The position numbers were made by a program, and so were the translations under genes. Below the pieces are notes generated by a model, which saw nothing but the letters and a program-made list of their open reading frames with translations, had not been told where the DNA came from and did no database searches. DNA of 64,000 nucleotides from Adineta vaga. Taxonomy: Eukaryota > Animalia > Rotifera. This document shows, piece by piece, positions 11,956-23,700 of the stretch. Location of the stretch: assembly GCA_021613535.1 (NCBI GenBank), contig CP075492.1, positions 19,840,001 through 19,904,000 of the forward strand, written 5' to 3'. The number at the start of each line of letters is the position of its first letter. The first letter of the stretch is position 1.

Positions 11956-13027
11956 ATGATAAATAACAGTAGTAACTTATCTTCGAACAACCTTGACAAT
12001 ATACCGACTTCCAATACAAACGAATCTTCTTATGTTAGTCTTTTTTCAAGTCATTCAGTTGTTATTATCGTTCAATTATCAATATTATCTCTCACAATTG
12101 TTCTAGCTCTAGCTTACACAGCTCTCATACTACTTCGACCGACATTTCGTAATAATAAGATTAACTGGTTCACAATCAATATTTGTCTCGCAAGCTTATG
12201 CTTTGCTATTATTTTTTTACTGATGCTCGTTCGTCAATTATTGAGCATATACACTGGCTTATCTTGTAGTTTTCATATGTTTCTGACGAACATAGCTGTA
12301 TGTCAAGTCATGTATTCACATTGTGTCTGTGCTATTAGTAGATTATTCACGATTGTTTATGTACATAAACGTATCTTTCACTCAAATCGTTATCTTTGGA
12401 GTTATATTATTCTAGGATGGCTCGTCGGTATACTTGTCGCTCTACCACTCTTATCTGCCGACGAAGTTTTATGTTCTACTTCGATTCAACTATCTTCTTT
12501 CTCATATTACATGCTGCACGTCCGGATGGTCAAGTAACGCACAAACGTGATGTACTTTTAGTCAAAATAACCATCGGCACCTTTGTCGCATTCGTAATGG
12601 ATTGGATTCCTTCCTTCGTTGCCCATCTATTCGTCAGCAGTGCTTTCATTCCCACCATCGTGAACTATTGTTTGTGACTTTACCATCGATCACTGAGTAG
12701 CTGCCTAATTCGACTTATAATATAAATGGATTTTCATTATTATATATCTATACATCTATCAACAGATATAGATATAGATATAGATATAGATATAGATATA
12801 CACCTATAGATATGGATATATATATACCTCACCCATGTTCAGTTAGGAATATAGGAATAGAGTGGATGAGGAAGTCAGTATTACATCTGTCTAACACCCA
12901 CACCCACACCCTCAAGATGATATATATATATATGTATAAGTGAAACTATATCTATTCCTATATTCCTAACTTAACATGGGTGAGGTATATCTATCTATAA
13001 ATGAAAGTATATCTATTTCTATATTTA

Positions 13028-13058
<31 letters not shown>

Positions 13059-13218
13059 TCGAATTGATATGATGCTTGTGAGTGTCCATTTATATTATAA
13101 CTATAATTAGGCAGCTCATGCGATCACTGTGCTTTTTGATGTACTCTTGTTGATATTTACGAATCAACCAGTACGTACTTTTCTGAAACAATCCATTATT
13201 AAGATTGTCAAGGTTTAA
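11956..13218 (+). pseudogene. 7TM GPCR-like pseudogene (internal deletion, frameshifts, MITE insertion)
   Basis: N-glycosylated-type N-terminus and TM1-4 (NWFTINICLA, CAISRLFTIVY, IILGW) in ORF 11956-12537; TM6 (FVMDWIP) in another frame. After removing the 12696-13120 insertion the sequence resumes as TLPSITVLFDVLLLIFTNQPVRTFLK..*, with the stop at 13216-13218. Confidence 0.75.
12696..13120. mobile_element. Foldback/Mutator-like MITE
   Basis: 9-bp TSD CGATCACTG (12687-12695 / 13121-13129), imperfect ~35-bp TIRs (AGCTGCCTAATT....TTATAATATAAATGGA), a second internal inverted repeat (12824-12860 / 12951-12988), and (ATATAG)n and (TA)n tracts. Confidence 0.85.
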
Positions 13219-13305
13219 TCTTATTATGAACTAAGCTGAATATCAATCAAAAATGTTCATGTGCTGTTCCTCTATCAAGAACTTTTTGGAAGAGAACATG
13301 TTTAT

Positions 13306-13380
13306 AGGGTGTGAGGGTGAGCGTGAGTGTGGGTGATGCATTTCTCCTGGTTCTCACCCACGCCCACACCCTCACCCTCA
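13306..13380. repeat. Short hairpin with telomere-like (TGTGGG/TGAGGG) arms
   Basis: AGGGTGTGAGGGTGAGCGTGAGTGTGGGTGA ... TCACCCACGCCCACACCCTCACCCTCA inverted pair. Confidence 0.7.
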
Positions 13381-13597
13381 ATAAAATATACTCAATTGCA
13401 ATCTGTTAGTCGTGGTTATGTTCATTCTTTTTTGTCTCGTTCTCCTTTCGACACTTCATTTTTCTGTTTTTTGTATTACGTTCAGTTGGTGTGCGGACGC
13501 ACCATTTCATTCGGAGAGTACGTGTTAGCGTACTCCTTCTATGTCTTTTCTCGCTCTCTCTTCTTTGTTCTTCTAATTATATAAAGTTGTGTTATTT

Positions 13598-14770
13598 TTA
13601 TATTGAGAAATTCAAATAAACTATACGCTCGAAAGGAGCTAACAGTGTTGTTTGAACAATTTTCATGAGATCTTTCAGAGATTTTATTTTTATATTCAAA
13701 TCAATAAGATTTATGTATAAAACAGAAAGATATGTAGAGAAGCGAACTACTGTTTCAGGAATTAATATGTTAGTATCATGATGAGGTAAACTCTCGTCAG
13801 ACCATATGGTAAGACTTTTTAAATTCATTTTGAATATCCATTTGTCATATTCAGATATATTACCAATGTATAATAATGATTGAAGTTGTGGAAATGAACA
13901 ATTATCTAATAAATAAAAATAAAATCGATCAATTTCAAGTATTTGAATTGTTGAGCCAAGCCATTGTAACTCTTGTTGATTGTGACATAATGATGAAGAA
14001 AGAACAAAACAATTTCGTTCAACATAAAAATGAATTCTTTTATATTTAAAATTTTACTTGATGTTTTTCTTTCTTTTTTTTCTTCAGAATCATGCAGAGA
14101 ATGAAAGACATTTGTGTTTATTCATCATCTGTCATTTAAACTTTCAATTTTTTTGTTCTGTCAATATCGATGCAGTTGATTAGGAAATTTAGTTGAGATT
14201 GAGAATATGAGTATTAGTCATAGGACAATCTACACCCACGCTCTGAAGATGTGATAATCAAATGTTATATCAAGATAAGTCGATCCCACTAGCCTTGCTG
14301 TTCTTCTAAAAGCGTATCAACAATTTAATCTAGAATAATAATAACAATAAATGAAATGACAAGCAAACACTTTGGATATCGATTCTTTCGTTCTCAAGTA
14401 AACAGTATCCATACAGATGTTCGAAAGACACTGAAAAGAAAGAAAGAGAAAAATGTGATTTTGCAAGATGTTGAATACATTCACTGAAGATCATATCATA
14501 AATAAATATAAGATTAAATCAGAGAAATTTTCACTTTAATAATTCGAATACATTCGATAGAATGTGTTCTAAACAATTCAAATGAGTAAGAAATTGTGAA
14601 CAGAAGTCTCATTATTCTACTTATCCATGAGATATCTCAAATAAAAGCGATTCATATTTGTTTCACTCAATGAACAATACCATGGTTAACTAAGAATTGA
14701 TAGAAAAATCTTCGGACAAAATGTTGACTGTTGCGATTTCTATATACAAGCTGTTAGGGCAGATTCTTTT
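13598..14770 (-). pseudogene. Degenerate fragments of an intron-containing gene, possibly from the expanded F-box/LRR-like families
   Basis: Leucine-periodic fragments (LNLKSLTIWSD.., FEHLYGYCLLEN.., SFPQLQSL) with splice-like boundaries; frames are broken. Confidence 0.3.
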
Positions 14771-14901
14771 TTTACTCTTTCCATAGTTTATCACGTCCCA
14801 TATTTATGCTATAAGTTTCAAAATTTTCGACTGAACAATTGTTGAGAAAATAGTTAATCTCTGTGAACATGTTTTTTATGCTTTGGATACAATGAAAAAT
14901 C

Positions 14902-14958
14902 TTGAGGGTGTGGGTGAGGGTGTGAGAAATTTATATGTTCGCCTCATCCACACCCTAA
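14902..14958. repeat. Short hairpin with telomere-like arms
   Basis: TTGAGGGTGTGGGTGAGG ... CCTCATCCACACCCTAAA (16/18 inverted match). Confidence 0.7.
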
Positions 14959-15539
14959 AAATGATTTTTATTATAGAAAAGCGAAAGAAAAAAAGAATTG
15001 TCAATGTGATGCGATATGTTTACCAAACTGTACATTTGTTTATTCGACTGTTACCTTGACCAGGTTTACATCCAAATACTCGATCAAATTCAATAAAGTT
15101 TGATGTTGCCCCAATCACTCTAAAAGTTTAGATACATAGTTATTTGTATCAATAGACTTGAAAAAGGAGGCGTGTTTCACCTATACATAGATGGAGAATG
15201 AGTATCCAATTTCACTAGAATTGCTAGAACTGAATCTCGCATTTTCGAACACCACAGATGTCCAAAATTCATAAAGAATAGTTGTTCTGCTGAATATTTT
15301 TCCAGATCAGCTAGTTTCTTATCAATGTTTCGATTTTCTTGTGCCCATTTTTGATATGCCTAAGATTAATGAATATCATATGAGAACTTTATCAATAAAC
15401 ATTTTTACATAAAAAGATGCCTTCAAACCATCATTATCGGCAATATTTTCAACTTGTGTCAATACACCTTGGATTAGGGGTGGCACATTTACGTTTATTT
15501 AAAATTAACGTTAACGCAAACTCAACGGATAAAGAATAA

Positions 15540-18028
15540 CAGTTTCCATTCCGTAGATTGAAACGAAGGTCATATGGAAACAAGCGTCATATGTATCCAG
15601 GCTCATAGTCGGATCAAAGCTGAAAGCTTCAAAACAATTCAACAAACGGAGCAAAATAAATTTTCAGTGAAAAACAGATGAATGGAAAAGAGAACAGAGT
15701 GGCATAAACAGGTTTTTTATGCTATCGAAACTCGTCGGATGAATATGATCCAACCAGTAGCGCATATTAAAAAATATCTTATAACAAAAACAACTCAATC
15801 CAGTTGATACTTGCCACCAATAACCACTTGAATCTAATTTCTAACCTCAAATCACAACCTAATTTTCCCTTTGATTTACATCATCATACAGCTAAAGATA
15901 TATTGGTTTTCTTTTCTTTTCAGATATATCAAGACTACTATTCATTTCATCCATCACATCATACAAAAGATTCCCAAAAACCATAAAAAACACTTACAAT
16001 TATCATCACTTTCAACATATCTCAATACTACAAAGCAAATAAACCAATTACTAATGACCAAATTATTCTAAAAAGCATATCCACCAAAATGCACACCTCA
16101 ATCATATTAACTTCCATTCAACAACGTCATTAACACTAAAAGTATGTTCTAAGATCGTCTTCTTAATTATACTTAACCTGTGCAATAAAAAAAGCCATTT
16201 GGAAACGTCCTATAATAGGGACGAAGCCGATTATGGCAGCTTATACTCACACCCTCAATAATATTGATTTTGTTCGAGAATTGGAAAATATCGCGCTAGT
16301 GGTCGTCTTTTACCAACAACACTATTTGTTACTGCTGATGTTACTAATCTAGATACAATGATACCTCGAGATGGAGCAATATTTACTTTACAAAAATTCT
16401 TAGAAAACTATACTAGAAATTGTCGAATTGATGGAATGACAGTTGATACTATCACAAAATTGACTCATTTAGTTTTAGATACAAATTGTCTTGTATTCGA
16501 AGATAAATATTATCTACAAATTCGTGGTGGAGCTATGAAATCACCATTTACAATGACATTAGCAAATATCTATATGTTCGAATAGGAACAATCGTTAATT
16601 GAATATCAAAACGCGCGCAATGAAATCTATGGTCGGTAAGTTACACAAAAGAAACTATTTCTAATTTATTTTCTATGCTTTTTTTCTTCATTTTTTCAAA
16701 ATAGATATATTGATGATATCTTCATGACAACGAATTCATTACGTGATCTGAATATTCCATTAAATAAAATACAGAAAAAAGATGAAAACATTCGAATTAC
16801 TCCATCAATTGTTTCGACAATGGAATTTCTTGATGTATTAGTTGAAAATAATAATTGACAATTAAGAACTTCAGTATTTCATAAACCAGCAGCAGAACCA
16901 TACATTATACCATTTTTATCAGATCATCCACGTCATGTTCATCGTAATACAATCAAAGGACAATTACTTCGAGCAGCACGTCTCTGTTCTCATGTTGAAG
17001 ATTTTGATAAAGAACAATTAAATATCGAATTTATGTTACTATAAAATGGCTATCCACCAAGACTTCTTTCTTATCATTTCAAACGATTTTTCCAAAAACA
17101 CAATGTTATGCCCATATTTGAACAACTTGACGAATCCGTTTATAAAGATTTTCATAAACAATTATTAAATCAATCAACACGAAGAGACAAACAACAACAA
17201 AACATCATGTGCAATGTTAATCGACAACGACATTCAAAGAAAAAAGAAATTCATATATGTTATACTTTTGAAACTGGCCCAATGTTGAATTTCAAAAACG
17301 AATTAAACCTCTTGTGGCAAAAACATTACAAAAATAACAATACATACATGAATAATATTGAATTAAAGGTTGGCACAAGAAGCAATAAAAACCTCAATCA
17401 ATTATTCGTCAAGAAAAAGCCACCAAAACATATGTTAATGGATCATATATTAGTACAAGCAACCATTGTCACGAACACAACTCGTCCTTCATGAATATCA
17501 ATAAAGACATTTGAAATCTTCAATTCACAGCAGTTCAAGTACACTAGATGTATATTATATTATAACCAAAAGACTACTTGTTTCCTTTAGAATGAAACAA
17601 AAACATTTCTACAAAAATTGCACATGAATATAAGTTCTCATAGAATAACACTACAATCGTTTTCCGTCTTCCATTTCAGATAATATTTCTCAACGGCTTC
17701 TATATGTTCTACAAAAACTAATAAATTCTACTGAACATCTCACTGATATCTATCCAGCCACATATCTACAAAACTCACTACATCAACAAAACCCGTTCAT
17801 AAACCAACCTAACAGCGAAAAACGTCTAAAATCAACAAATCATGATTTTAATTCAATATTTCAAACATATGCAACGCACCATACCAACTGCAAAAACTTT
17901 TCTAACATCGTTTAGCATATTCTACATAAAACTATCATTCCTACCTGAGGATTGACCCTTGAAAAAGGTCGAAACTATATAGTCGTAGGAAATCTTCTAC
18001 ATATTACACACTCACACCCACACCCACA
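15540..18028 (+). mobile_element. Decayed Penelope-like retroelement lacking GIY-YIG endonuclease (Athena/Terminon-like)
   Basis: PLE RT motifs TLFVTADVTNL.TMIP, YYLQIRGGAM.SP..LANIYM, YGR|YIDD split by a GT-AG intron (16636-16704), EFLDVL, SVFHKP, SDHP, NGYP. The C-terminus ends ..LFVKKKPP with no GIY-YIG. Several stops and frameshifts; 3' hammerhead ribozyme followed by CACACC repeats. Confidence 0.85.
17938..17991 (+). ncRNA. Type I hammerhead ribozyme
   Basis: Stem I TTCCTAC/GTAGGAA; core CTGAGGA (17945-17951); stem II GACC..GGTC; GAAA (17971-17974); short palindromic stem III ACTATATAGT; cleavage triplet GTC ending at 17984. Confidence 0.9.
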
Positions 18029-18454
18029 TTCATAAATGGGAAAATTGCCTAACTTCGGTCAACCTCGAAACCCTACCACAACAGTTCCCACTTCACTACG
18101 GCGACCAACAACATCTGTGAAGACTCTCCACTCACACTTCGACTTTCGACACACTTTCCACGGCATCTGTCCTTTGACGACGACATCCAATCAATATGAA
18201 TCCTCGAAAAAACATTCTCTGTAACGCAGGCATCTGAACAACCGCCGAGATTAGTCGAAACGCACCATGGCAATTAGTCACACCCACACCCTCAAGTGAA
18301 CCTCGGTTCCACACCTAATCTGCTCCCTAAAGACTAAAAGCAACCTTAATGTACAACACACTGAGTCATTTTGGTGTACCGTACGTATGTTAATGCCGTA
18401 CTTAACTTCACCTTCAGAACGGTACGTTCTGTCCATCCCTTCTGTCAATCACGA

Positions 18455-18662
18455 CATATAAAAGCGACGCACGTTTTTCTTCTCTTCTGTTGCATTCACG
18501 GCAAACATCAGAACACAGTTATAATGTAAGACAACATACAAGTGACGTTTTTCAAAACGACGACAGCAACCGAAGACAAGTTGCTCAAGAATGTTTCAGT
18601 TTTGACACTAGCGTACTATAGTCAGTGAGAAAACTAACGCTTGTATTTTTTGTATGTTTCAG
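18455..18662 (+). promoter_or_regulatory. Putative TATA box and 5'-UTR intron of the NmrA-like gene
   Basis: TATAAAAG at ~18457, GTAAGA donor at 18526, polypyrimidine..TTTCAG acceptor at 18662, just upstream of the ATG at 18699. Confidence 0.5.
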
Positions 18663-18698
18663 ATCGAACAAGATAAATACAATAGTGATCTTTGACTG

Positions 18699-19643
18699 AT
18701 GTCCTTGCCGAAAATCTATGTTATCACGGGTGGAACGGGTGCGCAAGGTGGAGCCACTGTCCAAGCTCTTCTTAAGACATCTTTTTCTCAGCCGATCATC
18801 ATCCGTGTACTTGTTCGCGATCCGACGTCATCGGCTGCTAAAGCCGTTGTTTCGCGTTCGTCGCAGCTGACACGAGTGGAAGTGGTGAAGGGTGACTTGA
18901 ACGATATTGACTCTTTAAAATCAGCACTCGCTGGTGCTACTGGTGTCTTTTCTGTTCAAGCAGCCGGTCCCGAAGAAGAGATCCAGGGCTCAAATCTGGT
19001 TAAAGCCGCCAAGGAATGTGGTGTACGAGTGTTTGTGCACACGAGTGTTTCAATGACTGGCAAGCATGAATCATTCCCACGGTGGAATGCTGATTGGTCC
19101 TATGCCTGGTATTGGCTATCTAAACATGCGGTAGAAGAAGCTGTTCGTAATGCTCATTTTGATTCCTTTACCATTCTTCGACCAGCCTTGATGATGGATA
19201 ATTTCAAAAAGCCCCATTGCGACTTAGTTTTTCCACAATATGCCGAACGAGGTGTAATTCTCACCATCGGTGGACTTTCAACGACTACTATTCAGTTAAT
19301 TGCTGCGGAGGATGTGGGAAAATTTGCAGCTGCTGCCTTCGCCGATCCAGTGAAGTTCAATCGTTTAGAAATCGAGTTAGCCGCTGAGTGGTTAACATTT
19401 CTTCAAATCGCTCAACAAATAAACAGCGTGACAGGCAAAAATGTCCGATCAGAAGTTGTGGCGCAAGGTGATGCACTATCCGCTGGCATACATCCACAGC
19501 TTATTGAAGGTGGAGTCTGGTGGAACGAGGTTGGCTATTCAGCAGCTGATGTAGATATTGCAAAAAGCTATGGAATACCTTTGATTTCGTTCATAGATTG
19601 GGTGCAAATGCACAAGAATGAAATCATCAGCAGCTTACCTTAA
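18699..19643 (+). CDS. NmrA-like NAD(P)-binding protein (atypical SDR), probably horizontally acquired
   Basis: 314 aa uninterrupted ORF; VITGGTGAQGG Rossmann motif, VRVLVRD, GDL.D..SL..AL.GA.GVF, YWLSK, TILRP...MDNF, IAAEDVGKFAAAAF.DP. Visibly more GC-rich than its flanks; AATAAA at ~19755. Confidence 0.92.
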   Translation: MSLPKIYVITGGTGAQGGATVQALLKTSFSQPIIIRVLVRDPTSSAAKAVVSRSSQLTRVEVVKGDLNDIDSLKSALAGATGVFSVQAAGPEEEIQGSNLVKAAKECGVRVFVHTSVSMTGKHESFPRWNADWSYAWYWLSKHAVEEAVRNAHFDSFTILRPALMMDNFKKPHCDLVFPQYAERGVILTIGGLSTTTIQLIAAEDVGKFAAAAFADPVKFNRLEIELAAEWLTFLQIAQQINSVTGKNVRSEVVAQGDALSAGIHPQLIEGGVWWNEVGYSAADVDIAKSYGIPLISFIDWVQMHKNEIISSLP

Positions 19644-20038
19644 TAGTATCCACTTATCTTGACTCTTTATTACTCACCTATTCATAGTGTTTCAGCATAG
19701 ATGTTAGCCTACAAAGCTGACTTTTCTTTTTTTAAATGACCAACTCAATTTCAAAATAAATCTTAAAACGTTCAAAGAGTGTGTATTCATTCTGAAAGTT
19801 GCCTGCTACAATTTTGATACAAGGCCTTTGAAGACTTATTTAGCCGGATATAACAATCAAATCTCAAAGAATAATACCTAGGGCATACCAAAAGTAGTGG
19901 CAGTGACACTTTTTTTTTACTCTATAACAGGCTTGGAGAAATTTTCTTTTTATACACATCGATAGAGAAAAGGAAGCTCTATCTTTCTGTACTAGTTGAT
20001 CATACTTCAACTAATACTATAATATTAAATCAAGTGGT

Positions 20039-20095
20039 TGGGGGTGTGAGTGTGGGTATGAATATAATCTTCCTTCACTCACATCCACACCCTCA
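20039..20095. repeat. Short hairpin with telomere-like arms
   Basis: TGGGGGTGTGAGTGTGGGT ... ACTCACATCCACACCCTCA inverted pair. Confidence 0.65.
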
Positions 20096-20623
20096 GGATG
20101 GATGATCACGGCACGGAAGCATTTCGTCGGAAGAGATTCAGAAAAATCAATGAGTATCTAATGACGAGCATTGAACCGCAATCGAACGATCTTTTGTGCT
20201 TTCGATACTGTTGATATCACTCGTTGAAATGGAATACTCGTAGATTTACACGACAAATCATCGACATACTTGCAAATACATCGTTTAAGTTTCGTATCGA
20301 TATGTCGCGCAACAGTGGGTGTTTGACAAGTGTCCATGTGAAGACTGAACTGACTGAGTATAGAACGAGAGATGTTATAACCCATCACCATTCAGTAGGA
20401 AGCTTGAAGATTGAAACAATCGCGCTCATAGGATTCACTTACGGCAAGAAATCTCACGTAACAGTTACAACAAGTCAGTCGATTCATCATTCGATCTAAC
20501 AATTTTACATTCACATAGGTATTTTGAATCGACGACAATCAAATACTCATAACTCTGTAGGTGTTCAGTGAACAAATAGGAACAGATGACGAAGGTCTCT
20601 TTCGACAGATCGAGAAGACGAGT

Positions 20624-21175
20624 TAGGGAACTGCAAAATCACTTTTTTCTGGTCCCGGTCCCGGTCCCGGTCCTGGTCTTCATACTAGTTTTAAAATAGT
20701 TATGCTATGATTCATATACTAAATTTTCTCTTTAAAACGAAGTAATTGTAGATTTGCTGTTTTAGAAATTATGTGAAGACACTTATTTTTGATCAAAGTA
20801 ATTTTTCACAATGATTTGCAATATCCGATAAGGATTAACGCTTTCTTCAAGATTAAAATAAAGAACTGCTGAAATACTTCTTCAAGGAGTTGTAAAACAA
20901 ACATAGAAATATACATTCCACGAAATAAACAGTACCAGTTTATTTATTTTCTTCTTCACTACCTCTATCCGTTTTTCCACGATAGCAACGGAAATAATTT
21001 ATTTGCCACTTCTTAATTTTGCGAATTACAGACAAGAAAACATCTAGTTTAATGTATGATAAAAAAGATTCGCGGGACTAGATGACTATTTCGGTCCCGT
21101 CCCGGTCCCGGTCCCGGTTCTAGTCCCGCGGGACCTGGAGTGGAACTGGGACCGGGGCCACTTTGCAGTTCCCTA
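20624..21175. mobile_element. Non-autonomous hAT-like MITE
   Basis: 14-bp perfect TIR TAGGGAACTGCAAA, subterminal (GTCCCG)n repeats at both ends; flanks show no matching 8-bp TSD. Confidence 0.8.
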
Positions 21176-21681
21176 GTCAGAAGGCTAATGTTGCTATGCG
21201 AATTGCTCTTTCAAACTGTCAAGTCTAGCCAAAAGCAAGAAAGGGTTAAGTTTCCAGATCAATTCATCTCACTATTGAGTCAAGCTGAAAATACCCCGTC
21301 CTCCACAGTCGAGGGTTAAGTGAGTCGGCCCGACGAGCGTTACTTGTGAACAATATTCATTTAAAGATTGGTACAAGATCTAATAGAGATTTACATCAAT
21401 TATTGGTTCACAAAAAAACCCAAAAGCAATATTTATCAATGTTACATAGGATGATGTAACAACATTAGAAAAACATCTCCAGTACTACATAGTTTATTTA
21501 CTACTATTATACAAACAAAGACTTTTCACAATTATGCGAAAATTCATCCATTTATACTTAATATACTCTAAATGAATGTGTGACATACAACGTTTCTTTT
21601 GTCTTCTTATAACTTTTTTGTTCTTACAAGAATTATCATTTTCAATCTAAAAAAATAATCATTTCTTTCTCGTTCTAGATA

Positions 21682-22619
21682 CATAGGGCAGTCAATAAGT
21701 TCTCGGAATTTCGAATATCTATTCATAGAGAAAACATTTTGCTAATCTTTTTACAGGAAATATTCAAGTTACTCTTCACGGTATTCTAAAGTAAGTTTGC
21801 TCGTTTTAATCTATTGGTAGAAGGATTTTTGGTATCACTGAATGTGTATGAAATTGAGCTCTGTGATTATTGAAGTAGCCAAACTTGTAGCATCTGAATT
21901 TATACCCAGCGTACATTTGAAATAACCGGATACGCAAGAAATCGAAAGCACAAGGTAAGATCTGTATTGTGAATAATTAATAAGTTTGAATTTTCTTTGT
22001 GAGGATAAAGAAGATCAGAAACAATATTATGAATGTATTTTTCTGAAGTTTAAAATGCATATTTTATATCATGTTCTGCAACAGTACTATCTTTTATGCG
22101 TGTTTTTGACTAAGCGTTTTGAACATTCGTAGTGGTATTACATTTAATTTAGTAGGTCTCAGATGATGATTGTATAGCACTACTAATATATGGATTATCA
22201 TTGGGTAAGTCGTAAACAGAGTCAATAATTCTTGAATAATAGCGGTTATTGGATGATCATTTGAAGACCCTTTTACAACGTCTCTCGCTCATTTGAAAAT
22301 CGATGAATCCAACGAGTTACTGTATTATATGAAGCAACATCTTACTCTCAACTAATAGCTAATTCATCATGAACTTTTATGGTAGTTAGACTTAATAGCA
22401 AATTGATCTTTAAATATGACTAATTTCAGTCCATCTATGCGAAAATAGAGGCATGAAACGATTTCGTTAACAGTTTACCGCAATTGATGCTTACGAAAAT
22501 TTGTCTTGGTATTTTAATACACAATAGACGCCCTTACTTGAATAGTATAACAGAACAGATAAAACTAACTAGGGCGAAAATTGAAGTGACTATTACGAGA
22601 ACTTATTGACTACCCTATG
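21682..22619. mobile_element. Tc1/mariner-type non-autonomous element
   Basis: 24-bp TIR CATAGGG(C/T)AGTCAATAAGTTCTCG with one mismatch, flanked by TA on both sides (21680-21681, 22620-22621). Confidence 0.85.
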
Positions 22620-23700
22620 TATAATCATTCTAATTACTATGTGTTGATCCTTATTTTCTATCCTGTTACTATATAAATTTTCTGTTTTGTTTAAGTATAC
22701 AGATTTCTCAATAAAGAAAACCGCCAGTTACTAAAATTCGATCTCGATTACACAGATCACCACATGTTCTCTTCGTCTTCTTTTTATTCTCTTCCACTCA
22801 TCTGAATGCTCTACCTATGATCCTCTAATGCATTAATAACACTTCTCATTACGCTATAAACTAAAACACCACATTTCACTTCAAATAAAACGACAAAAAA
22901 ATCACCACATATCTAATTATTCAACACGACTTTCTCAATGACAACTTTGTTTCTTCAACGCTATCCTACCACTAACTTTATCCCAATCAATTCATCAGCG
23001 AGTGATATCTGATTAACTAAACATATAACTACTAATCTTATCGTAACATTTCCTATCCTATTCTAATGTACTATTACTTGCCATTTGATAATCTATATTC
23101 ATAATAGTGAAAAGCTTTGTTTTATGGTAATTGTACACACCCTCATCTTAGTCTTACTTTACCGTTCGAATGAATCAACACGAACGCTACTAATAAAAAG
23201 GTTAGCTGTATTACGTCTAACAGAAAAAAATGATATAAATTGCTATAATCATTATTGAGTCACAAGAAAAGAAACATTCTAGTCGAGTGAAATTAAAGGA
23301 AAAAAAATTGTCACGATAGTAAATGAGCACAAAAATGACTGCATTTAATATTTCTCGTTTTTTTTTAATATGTCATCACCTTTCTTTACAAAATGAAACA
23401 ATGGAAAAAAATGTGGAGTGTTTTTGAGCCGATAGAAAGAACAAAAAAATATTTTTTATTGCCTTGCATCTTTAGTCTATGCCATTCATCTTAAAAATCT
23501 CTATATAAACGATGAGAATCACAAAATTTTTCTGTTCTTTTCCTGTGATTCGCTGGCAGCCTACACTCTGATTTTTATTTTCTCTTTTTTTTACTGAAAA
23601 ATCTAGTGAGCTGCCTCTTTCTGAGTGTTAATAAATTCATTTCTTCACAATATACCGCCTGTTGCGTTGCTTCCGTTTTGTACAAGTAAGTTAGTTCACA

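Noticed and set aside
20158-20600. Overlapping short ORFs on both strands
   Set aside because: Possibly a decayed gene fragment, but I could not recognise any motif.
21200-21320. Two AGGGTTAA sites resembling piggyBac right ends
   Set aside because: No matching TTAACCCT left end or internal sequence found.
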